DNA of 61,851 nt, filler included, from Squatina squatina (Eukaryota), in assembly GCA_031763465.1 (NCBI GenBank). It is 4 parts of 4 records of this genome, joined end to end, with 100 filler letters (N's around TTAATTAATTAA, not from the genome) between each part and the next. Parts side by side here need not be neighbours in the genome. Positions count along the whole stretch, not along the records: positions 48,717 to 61,851 come from JARFOE010000192.1; 3 more parts are not named here. One strand, 5' to 3'. A program made the position numbers and the translations under genes. The notes below the pieces were generated by a model, which ran no database searches, was not told the origin of the DNA, and saw only the letters and a list, made by a program, of their open reading frames with translations. Shown here piece by piece: positions 51,767 through 61,851 of this stretch (positions are counted from its first letter, which is position 1; every line of letters begins with the position of its first letter).

Positions 51767-52140
51767 AGATTAGTGAAGACAAATGTAGGTCCCTTGCAGT
51801 CAGAAACAGGTGAATTTATAATGGGGAACAAAGAAATGGCAGANNNNNNNNNNNNNNNNNNNNNNNNNNNNNNNNNNNNNNNNNNNNNNNNNNNNNNNNN
51901 NNNNNNNNNNNNNNNNNNNNNNNNNNNNNNNNNNNNNNNNNNNTGAGACCTTGTGCATATTTAAGTCCGAGATAGATAGATTTCTAATCAGTAAGGGAAT
52001 CAAGGGTTATGGGGAGAAGATGGGAAGGTGATCTTGAGAAATGTCAGATCAGCCATGATCCAGTTGAATGGCGGAGCGGGCTCGATGGGCCGAATGGCTT
52101 ACTCCTGTTCCTACTTCTTATGGTCTTATTGTCTTATGAT
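51767..52140 (+). mobile_element. 5'-truncated CR1/HER1-type LINE whose RT domain is collapsed into the 100-N gap
   Basis: Left of gap: RLVKTNVGPLQSETGEFIMGNKEMA (pre-RT region of ORF2). Right of gap: ORF2 end and 3' tail gatcagccatgatc...gggccgaatggcttactcctgttcct. Confidence 0.8.
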
Positions 52141-55100
52141 CTAAGGTCAACGGCAAATACCATCCCTTCACCGCCGGCCACAAAATCCAGGCCATGATGT
52201 TTATTTGCAGAAAGGAAATCCAAGATTTCTTAAAAATTAATACTTACATTGATATAGCACCTTATCGACTAATTAAAATATCTCCAAATCCCTACTGATA
52301 TTGTACAGGAACTTCTTTAAACTTCCCATCCAGGCCCTCTCAGAAGTATGAGCAATAGCTGCCTCATAATATCCACCCAACACCAATTCTAATTTAGTGC
52401 TAAATAACAGCCAAACAAAACAGCTCTCAGCGCTGAATCAGTACAATGCCACGTCGCTAAGTACCTTTGCAGCACAGCTATGTCAAACGCAGCAAATTTA
52501 ACCACAGGCAAAGTTCAAAAGCACCAAAGCATTTCCTTGTTGAAATAATTATTCCAACATAATCAAACAGCACGAGGTCTGTGAAAGATCCAAGGCACAA
52601 ACGTTGGAACACCCATAAGCAACTGCATTTGGACATTCATCCGCGAATAGTAATTTAGCAAATTTGGTTGAAAGATTTTTTTTTAATTCTACATTTCTTG
52701 TAAATAAATAAGGCAATTGCTCTATAATTAGGATAAATTCATGTAGATAGAAGCCCAATGCTGATTTTAACTGCCTACTGAGCAGGGCACCTCCGGCGGA
52801 CACCCCACAATCAAGGTCCTTAATTAAGGTACGTGGGGCCCCGAGGAACAGGAACAGGTCCCAAGCTCCCCCCTTCCTACCTGCAAGAACTCTCCAGTAC
52901 ACTGCCTGGCAGTCTTCAGACCACTCGATGAAAGGCCCCGAGCAGATGAGCCGCCTCTGGACACCTGTCTGCGGTGGGCGACTGGTTGGCGCGATGAGGT
53001 GCAGCCATTAAATGAGACTGGGCCTCCCACTGCAACTCCTGCTTAGGCAACCCGCGTGTCCCAAGGCCTCCCGCCCACACGTTAGCTTTTGCAAAATTAT
53101 CCAGGAGAAATCGCGCTCATCCACCATTTTGATTGGCAGCCATGAAAATCTGCAAAATTTACTAATCCTTTTCTGCTAAAGAGGAAACGATGCTCCATTA
53201 CTTTCAGATGGTGACCTATTTTTCCACTGAGAAAATTAACGAGAAAATACTTTTTGTACTTGTTAAGTCATCAAAAAAGGCAAATAAACAATATTCATAT
53301 TTTACAGCCAAGAAGAAAGGGTCCATTTAACTATGTTTATATTTATAGAAAAGATAAATTGTGTAATTCTTACCAGGGGTTTTCAGTGTACGGATCTTTT
53401 ACAGCTTCACTGTCTCAGAGGGCCATCAACTAAGGTGACATTTGTGACTACCCCAACAATCCTGCTGAGCTGGCTGTCAGATGATGAAGGAAGTAGAGAA
53501 AAAGACTTGCATTTATACAGTTACAGTACCTTCTCAAATCTTACAGAAGAAAATCTCAAAGCACTTCAGATATGCATGAAAAGTTCTGGGGTAACGAGCA
53601 GATGGCAAAACACAAATCAGCTAAACTGCAANNNNNNNNNNNNNNNNNNNNNNNNNNNNNNNNNNNNNNNNNNNNNNNNNNNNNNNNNNNNNNNNNNNNN
53701 NNNNNNNNNNNNNNNNNNNNNNNNNNNNNNNATAAATACCATTTAGCTGTAGGGTGATCTTCGCACTTCTGAGTAATTATTGTGTTGTAGCTGGCGAAAC
53801 AAAACAAGGCTCATAAACAGCCAGCACTTCTGTTAACAATATCTTATAGTGAGGTCACTGCATTCTGCGCCAGTGACTCCAAGCCAATTGAATAAATACA
53901 CTTTGATGATGCCACGGACTCCGGATATACTAGTCTCGCACCGTCAACAGCAATTCCCCCAGTGTAAAGTATCCAACGTACCTTGTCCTGGCAGCACTGG
54001 AGACTCATTTTTTTCTCTCTGATTTTGCAATTGGAAGTGTTGTGTCCAAGGCTCCACTTGGCCTGTAGGAGACTGGCAGCATGCTTCAAATATAACAATC
54101 AGAGCAAAGCAGGGAGGTCTTGTTAAAGTTGCTCTCCCAGGTTTGGACTGCGCCAGGGAATTATGAAGCTTCATAGTTCCAATCTGCTGCTGTCATGTTT
54201 AAACAGATACCAGTCCTTAATGGTGGAAATGCTGAATTTCGCCAAATGATAGGCTGAATGTCACTTCCTGGTTTAGTACCTTTATAAAAATAAATTCCAA
54301 ACAGGCCAGTGGCACCATGACCTGGGTATATCATAAAGTAATTCCTATTTTTTGCGGGACATCTGCTTCATCAAAAAAAAACCTGGTGAATCTCTTTGTT
54401 TGTTTATAATGCACAACATAACATAATTTGTGCTGAAATGCATTATTGCATCCTTTGAGGTGATGTCATCAGAATAATACTCTCTTGGCTCTTCCTTTCC
54501 AAACAAAAGTGGGTTTTATGAATGACTTTTCACATTCACATTGCTCATTTAGTTTATACTGTTGATACTTTCAGGATACTGAAAAACTAATCTAACTCCT
54601 TTGTGTCCCAGCTCTGTGATTTATGGGAGGTAATTATTTTTTAAATAGCAAATAGATTTGAAAAGAAAGCCCCTTGGTGGTTTGAAAATACCATCACTTT
54701 CTTCTTTGCTCATAGAGCTTGGTAAATGATGCATTTACAGAACTGGAAAAACATTGTAAATGCAAATCAGTGCATCTATAAAATGCGCCGGAAATGTACA
54801 ATGCAAATCTTTAGAAAATCATGCCTCGGGTCTATATTCCTTATTTCCTTCAGAGTTTAATCTATAATAGGCAATTCAATAAAGAAAGATTAAAGTCAAA
54901 AGTGGCATTGCCTTCTCATTAAACTGGATGTGGGCATCATAAAAATCATGGATGTAAATGGGTAGGGACTGGTCAAGGGTGAGAAATATAGGGGGTAATT
55001 TTAACCCCCAAAAACAGATGGGCTGGTGTTAGGTGAGATGTAAAAATCTCAAACCTGACTCCAACCCACTCATTCTTCCAAATTTAACGGAGGTGAGACA

Positions 55101-55177
55101 GGGGGTGAGCAGCCAACCCACTCCCAGGAGGCGGATTGGCCATTTAAATAAAATGGAAATTAGTTCATTTGCTAATT

Positions 55178-55460
55178 GAGGTGGATGTTAAAGATCTCAT
55201 GGCATTATTTGAAGAAGAGCAGGGAACTCACCTCATGCCACAGCCAACATTTCCGCCTCAAATAATACCACCAAAAGAAGACAGATTAGTTGGTAATTCA
55301 TCTCATTTGCCATTGAGAGACCTTGTGGTGAACAACTAGGCTGCCTCGTGTTTGCCTACCTAACAGAAATAACTGCAATTCAAAGTAATCATTTGTGCAT
55401 AAAGAATCATTAGATCTTTATTAAAAAGTTGATATTGCACTATTTACATTCAAGTGTGTC
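55178..55460 (+). mobile_element. Deu-domain SINE fragment
   Basis: ggtggatgttaaagatctcatggcattatttgaagaagagcaggg..., the reverse complement of the core at 28130-28210. Further partial copies at 18330-18450, 23430-23525 and 59755-59932. Confidence 0.7.
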
Positions 55461-55639
55461 TTTTCTTTGTGTCCTAAGGTATATATCAAATGGGTTCTGT
55501 CTGTAAACCTGCTATTGTGCATGTATTATGATCGCTGGCCTTCCAGTTTTCTTGTGTAAACTTCTGAAATGTCTGAATGATTACACTGATAAGAGTTAGT
55601 GATGTTTTCTGTTTATTACTGTTTGAGTAGTGCCTTAAC

Positions 55640-55790
55640 AGCATGCACAGTGCTCGAATGGTGGTTGAAGAAACTTTTGGGACTACTGAAGGCATGGTGG
55701 CAAGTGGTGTTCAAACGTCTTCAGAGCAAACGTGTCGTTCCCCATGTGGTGGCCACATGCTGTGCACTTCACATCTGTCAGCAACAATGG
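55640..55790 (+). mobile_element. PIF/Harbinger transposase C-terminal fragment
   Basis: SARMVVEETFG/(+1 frameshift)LLKAWWQVVFKRLQ..VVPHVVATCCALH-IC matches the 'ARMVVE.AFG.LK.RWR.L..RL...V..CC.LHNIC' motif. Confidence 0.75.
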
Positions 55791-55926
55791 AATAATTTAA
55801 ACACAGTGAGGACAAGAAACTGAAGGTGCCTATCCGGAGCCCCTTTGGATGTCTGAATATAATCAAAGTGAGCAATTGGCTGGCACCAGCATGGGAAAAG
55901 CATGCCAAGATTCTTTTATTTAATAT

Positions 55927-56055
55927 AAAATAAAAACAAAAATGCTGGAAATATTCAGCAGGTCAAGCAGCATCTGTGGAGAGAGAAACAGGTTAACTGT
56001 TCAGGTCAATGACCTTTCAGCAGTTCTAATGAAAGGTCAAGTACCTGAAACATTA
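55927..56055. mobile_element. Penelope-like terminal repeat remnant with inverted-repeat junction
   Basis: aaatgctggaaatattcagcaggtcaagcagcatctgtggagagagaaaca, followed by the palindrome tcaggtcaatgacctttcagcag|tt|ctaatgaaaggtcaagtacctga. Confidence 0.55.
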
Positions 56056-56519
56056 GCCGTGATTTCCCCTACCTCGGCGGGTCCGGTGCGGCTGGGGTCG
56101 ATGGCGGGTCTCAACCTTGCTGCCGGCTCCAGCCTGCTGTATAGAAATAATTTTACACTTATTAGGCTTGTTAAGCCTGCCGAGCACATTTCCCGGGCAA
56201 TTGAAAGAAGCGGGTCTGATGATGTCATTTGATGACACGTCATCAGCTGGTTTCCTTAAAACGACCATGTCCAAATTTACTTTGACAGTTGTGCTGTCAG
56301 TGTTCTATAGCATTGAGGTGTTGCAAACACCGACAATCATTGCACAAAGGTGCACGGCTGCACCCAGGCTCTCCCATGGCTACCTCCATATGCTTATGGA
56401 GGGAGTCACAGAACACACGGAGGCTCTCTTCCCTTCCAGTGGGTGGGAATGACCTCCCCAGGAAATCAACGTAGCCTGGTTGCACATTGCACAGGAGTGC
56501 ACAAGCAGGCGTGTCATCA
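56056..56519 (+). mobile_element. PIF/Harbinger element left end with Myb/SANT-like ORF, truncated by a gap
   Basis: Begins after a TTA target with a GC-rich terminus. Translates AAPRLSHGYLHMLMEGVTEHTEALFPSSGWE*PPQEINVAWLHIAQECTSR, resembling the Harbinger Myb/SANT domain (APRFS..LE.L...V......LFP......AW..IA..V). Confidence 0.75.
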
Positions 56520-57372
56520 NNNNNNNNNNNNNNNNNNNNNNNNNNNNNNNNNNNNNNNNNNNNNNNNNNNNNNNNNNNNNNNNNNNNNNNNNNNNNNNNN
56601 NNNNNNNNNNNNNNNNNNNNNNNNNNNNNNNNNNNNNNNNNNNNNNNNNNNNNNNNNNNNNNNNNNNNNNNNNNNNNNNNNNNNNNNNNNNNNNNNNNNN
56701 NNCATGTGATTTGGAACTTCAGACCAACATGTGCATCTATGCAAACAACAGCACGTCAGTCTCATTAAACTGAAATTATCTGGCACATCTGTCTATGCAT
56801 TGACGTGACCTGACACCAAACTTAAATGAGGCCTTTTGTCTTGGCATAAAAGCATTGTTACTCAAACAAAATTGCACAGTATTAGTGAAAAGTTTGATGT
56901 TTATTTGGGCAACAGCAATAAAAGCACTCTGATTTCCTGATTAACAAAACAAAAATCATAATGTATACAGCTGTCCAACTAGAAAAAATAAACTATTCTG
57001 ATATGAACAAAAAAATGTCAATGGCCCTCTGCATGAAAAAATAAAATTATTGAGAATGTTCTGCTGCTTCCAAAACAAATTAACTGCTTACTGTGGCCAA
57101 TGGAGGTATATGTGATATAAAAAACTCAACTTGTTCACTGTAGTTCACAAGTGGTTCCAGTCCCACCCTATATGGCTGACTGTAAATGCTCTCCTGGCAT
57201 CCAGGGATGGGCAATAAATACTGCCTTGTCAGAGTGGCTCACATCCCAAGGTCAAAGTAAAAAAAAATCAAGCACTGGTTTCAGGGAAGACATTCTTGGA
57301 GGGAATGTTCACTTTCTCTGACTAGAATAATTTTGTCGACAGGTAAACAGCTAGAGACCATAGAAAGGGCTA

Positions 57373-57455
57373 AAATTAGTGAACACTTAGAAAGGCGTGG
57401 CCTCAATGGGGCAGTCAACATGGATTAGTAAGGCGAAGGTCATGCTTGACAAACT
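57373..57455 (+). mobile_element. CR1 RT fragment, degenerate
   Basis: ISEHLERRGL..SQHGLVRRRSCLTN. Confidence 0.7.
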
Positions 57456-57957
57456 TCACATGTACAAACGGGACTGCAGGGTCTATTTTGGTGGCTGAGT
57501 GGTGGTGTGCGCTGGTCGGCTGCCCATTCCAGCGGTGAAGAAGCTCCCGCAATTTTGAGGTCCCAGCCTTAATTAAACATGTTAAAGCACCAAACAGACA
57601 TCCACTGTAGCTTGCTGGATTGAAGCCTAAAGATCAGGCCTGGCCGGCGGCCAGCAAGGTAAGTGGCAGGGGTGGGAGCGATCCCGGGGCATCAGCGGCC
57701 CTGATTATTTTTGTGTCCCCCGAAAGAACGCTTCTACTCCTCTGGAGCCAAAAATAATTTGACACTTATGGATACCGGGCCTCTTCAGTTACATTGCCCA
57801 TTGAATTGTGCTTCACAGGTTTTGACCAGTTCCAACCTAAAATGGCAATCGAGGTCCTATTTACGTCATAGGAACCCAATTTCCATCAGCCTATCACCTG
57901 AAACAGGCTGGTGCTTTGGACAACTGACGGTAGGCCCCTTTCAAAATGGAGCCAGCC

Positions 57958-58244
57958 TAGGGTGACCAGATGTCCCGGTTTTGCCAGGACAGTCCTGTTT
58001 TTTTACGAAACGTCCCGATGCCCCAACAATTATTTCAAAATGATTCAAATGTCCTGGTTTTTGTGCTCACACGACTGCAGTTCCAGTGGAGAACCGACTA
58101 CGCACGCGCAGTCCGGTGGGGTGGAGACCTGACTGCGCCTGCGCAGTCCCGATGGAGACCATGCGTAGTCTCGACGGAGACCTGACTGCGCATGCGCAGG
58201 TAAGTTTTGTCCCGGTTTTCAGTTTTAAATATCTGGTCACCCTA
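57958..58244. mobile_element. hAT (Blackjack-type TIR) MITE, 287 bp, perfect 14-bp TIR TAGGGTGACCAGAT and 8-bp TSD AGCCAGCC
   Basis: TSD at 57950-57957 and 58245-58252. Internal ~30-bp tandem units contain ACTGCGCATGCGCAG. Nested in a GC-rich element spanning ~57480-58290. Confidence 0.92.
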
Positions 58245-60601
58245 AGCCAGCCGCAATGCCAGTGTTAACAGGGCAGTAAGGCTACCAACCCTATTTTGAT
58301 CCCATTACCATCCNNNNNNNNNNNNNNNNNNNNNNNNNNNNNNNNNNNNNNNNNNNNNNNNNNNNNNNNNNNNNNNNNNNNNNNNNNNNNNNNNNNNNNN
58401 NNNNNNNNNNNNNTTACCATCAGCTTCTGTCCAGTTTTAGGCCTGAAGATAACAAAGTCTGCTTCAATATTCAGATGTATATATCCTTGGTCATCATAGA
58501 TGTCACCTAATTCACCAACTAATCTGACTTTATCGTAAGCAATTGGAACACCCTGCAGACTAACATATGTTAGAGGTTAGACAATCGTTCCAACAGAATT
58601 TGCAAAATAAAAGCTTAATACACAATATAGCTGCAATGGGTGCTTACAAGCTGATGTTAAAAAAATGCATTTGAATCCCCAAACCTGAAAAAGTGCATAA
58701 AAATGGGAATTGCTGGAAATATTTTTTCCTATTACTATATCAGAAAAAGATGAGTGAAGATACAGAACATGTCTGATTTAAAGTATAAACTATCCATTTC
58801 CAGCAATTGCAAAATGTTCAGCCGAGACTGAAATTGAAAGTGTGACAGGGTAGTCACAATGGACCCCACGATGACATGATTCCCAGTCTCAGTGATATTT
58901 GCCCTGAGCTTACCCAAGAGAATGAGTTTCACCAATTTTGGCTGGGTCATCAAACACAGCTTCTGGGACAAAGGAGCAGCACTGCTGGGATCTGTGGAAG
59001 TAACCACAGGTCAGGATGTTGTCTCCAATTCGACTGTGCTTTTTCAATAAGGAAAATGCTTTTTTTCCCCCATCCCTCGAGAGTGGAGTGCTGATTCCCA
59101 AGCATCAGCAGTCCCATGCTACCTTACCCAAGTGGCCATTCAACACACGAGGTGAGTCAGAGAGCAGCTGCAGTCTATTCTACTGTGAATGGCATCGGCT
59201 GACCTGTCATTTATATACTGGCCTTTTCCAGCAGTGTCATTTTTTTTCCCCCCTCTCGATCAAGAGTGCTGGGCCAACTATACCAACTCTACTGCTTTCT
59301 GCTGAGAACAGTTAACTCAATACAGACTGGGAATCACACTTGGATTCTTCTGTTTGGTTCAGTTTAATACTAAACAGGATGGTGTCTTTATTCATTAAGC
59401 CACATCTAATTAAAAGTTGACATGAATTATACAGCAAAAAATAGAATCATAGGCTTCCTTAAATGCAATCATTTCATTAAAGGGTCCAGATGAGATCAGA
59501 AACCACAAAATTGAAACTCTTGTGATCTTGAATAATTATCTGAACCCAAGATAAAATTACTGCCTTTTAATTAACTTTACATATCTAATTATAACATGTG
59601 CAGCACAGATCGTAGGGGCAATTTTATTGCACTTTGGGTTTTTTCCCCCCAGCTGCAGATATCCATGTGATGTCTACACCAAAGCAAATCAAAATGTGAA
59701 TCATTTATTTTTCCAAGTGGAAAATCAAGTTGATTCCCAAAACATTATAAAGAGAAAGAGCTTGTATTTATACAGTGCCTTCAACAAATATTTTCCAGAA
59801 CTCCAGTCAATTAAGTACTTTGGAATTGGAGTCACTGTTGTAATATAGGGAATTCTATTGGCTTCAACCAATTTTTGCACAAGGTCCCACAAACAGCAAT
59901 GAGATAATGACCAGATAATCTGTTTGTGATACNNNNNNNNNNNNNNNNNNNNNNNNNNNNNNNNNNNNNNNNNNNNNNNNNNNNNNNNNNNNNNNNNNNN
60001 NNNNNNNNNNNNNNNNNNNNNNNNNNNNNNNNTCTCGCTAAAAGTTTGTAGGCAGCTTTCTTTGAGGTCAAGGGTGGGCGCCGTCACTTAGCTGCTGACC
60101 ACAAAATCCAGGCCAATATAGTAATATTCATACCTTATTTGTGTGTTTTTCCAGTAGTTGAGGCATACAACCTCCTATGTATATCTGGTGGCTGTTCTTC
60201 CCCATCAGAAATAGCAACAACATTCCATTGCAGAATACAAGACAGCTCACAGAACAACATCATTAAACCAAGATTTCCTTTGTTGAGGCTAAGCCATACA
60301 CTGGAACAACTGTTGTAAATTTAGTTGGAGTACTCTTCACAGCTGGATAGACAAACTGTCAATATTTACACTAGTTAATTGACTTATTAGCTGCCTGCAA
60401 AGTATTAAAGTATTATTACTGCAGGTGTGTCATAATTGGCTGTTTTTTTGTATTTGCTGCTAACGATCACTTTCAGGACCCAGATGTATTAAAGCTGCGC
60501 ATTCCTGTGATTTTGTTGAGGATTAATTAGTTCTAATCTAACACAGCCACTGTAATCTTCTAATGTTTGGTACAATCCCACTATATCTACATCTAATTAA
60601 C

Positions 60602-60606
<5 letters not shown>

Positions 60607-60633
<27 letters not shown>
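60607..60633. repeat. (TA)n microsatellite
   Basis: Directly visible. Confidence 0.95.
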
Positions 60634-61851
60634 TATGTATATCACTTCCAACAAAAAATAGAACATTTGTTTATACTTTAAACAAAAGATCAATCATAAG
60701 ATTACTTCAATCTTGACATACTAGTTCATAAAAGTTTCTCCAGATTTTCCTCATAACTCAAGTCTCCTGATGATGGGAATTAATCTTGTGGGATTTCTTT
60801 ACACAACCTTCACGGTTTGATTGTTTTGCCTGGAACTGGGCTAGAACTGGGCAGGGAAGTCAAAGTGTGGTCTGGCCAGCTTGTACATAAAATGAAAGGC
60901 AATTAATGTCAAAGCATGATGACCGCCTTGTGATTCAGAAATTCTGTATCATGTTCAGTATCTACAATGGTTAGATTATCAACTGATTGTGTAGTTCTTT
61001 GGATGATACAAAGGAAGTCAAGCAATGTGCCATGTCATGCAGTGGTGGGATTAGGAGTCTCACCTGCGATTCCTCACATGGTGAATTACCAATCTCACCC
61101 GGACTGTCAGTAGGAGGCACTGAACAAAGTGTGGTGATTCTGCACAAGGAAAGAGGAAACAATCAGGAGGCAAGCCAACCTGTGCCACTCTTACAAAATA
61201 CTGAGTTTTTTAAAAAAATTGAGATGATTATTTTTCNNNNNNNNNNAAATTGAGAAACCTCGGTCAAAGACCAAGACCTGTACTGCAGAACACCACAAGG
61301 TTGCAAAGAGTAGGAGAGAAGACAACATAACTCAAAACAAAGTAATGGTTAGGTGACACCAAGCTTGGGTGTTAAAAGCCTATAAATTTTGAGAGCAAAG
61401 GAAGGCTGTGGGAGATCAGGAATACCTCAATTTTGAAATTCTGGTAGTGGATGAGTTTGAGTAGCAGGTAGGAATGAGTCATAATGGTGAAGAAAGTGGC
61501 ACAAGCTAGTAAGTAAATTCTCCTGCTGGCTCTCAGTAGACAAATAAATGCTGACGGGAACCCAAAAAACTGAGGAAGTATAAAAATCTAAAAAAAGGGG
61601 ACAGCGGGAACAAAATGATTCATATACATTAACTGTTATTTGATTTGATTTAATTATCATACACTTGCAACAAAAGGACAGGAAATGGCAATGGTGACTG
61701 GCACAAGTGCAATGGGTCAAATGACCTTCTTCTATGCTGTAAAACATGACTCTATGACTGGTCCCTATAATGTTAGTGATTTGCTGTAACCACAATATGC
61801 ACAGACTTCAGCTGGATTCAATGGGTTTTTCTGGCGAGATATTAGACATGC

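Noticed and set aside
2274-60087. Numerous track ORFs containing X runs
   Set aside because: They reach the length threshold only by reading through N gaps.
36000-61851. GSG1L2/DHRS7C exons expected upstream of GLP2R by mammalian synteny
   Set aside because: No matching peptide motifs were found by eye in the called sequence. They may lie in gaps or outside the window.

Overview
Vertebrate genomic DNA, most likely an elasmobranch (shark/ray) judging from CR1/HER1-type 3' tails, Deu-domain SINEs and Harbinger families. It comes from a heavily gapped draft assembly with dozens of unsized 100-N gaps, three of which carry an artificial TTAATTAATTAA linker. Two spliced protein-coding genes are partly visible, both on the minus strand. 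(1) Four exons of a glucagon-like peptide 2 receptor (GLP2R) lie at ~29.5-33.4 kb. (2) Three intact exons of a divergent sarcomeric myosin heavy-chain rod lie at ~15.7-21.4 kb, with MYH16-like sequence features and non-MYH7 exon boundaries, directly downstream of GLP2R. No motor-domain exons are visible. The rest is non-coding and transposon-rich: a 21-23 bp satellite (1-1.3 kb), CR1, L2 and RTE LINE fragments, several SINEs (Deu-domain, LF-SINE-like), four PIF/Harbinger fragments, hAT MITEs with perfect 8-bp TSDs, and a Penelope-type inverted repeat with degenerate hammerhead cores. Nearly all ORFs in the supplied track are spurious. Family assignments and reference exon sizes are from recalled sequences, not database searches.
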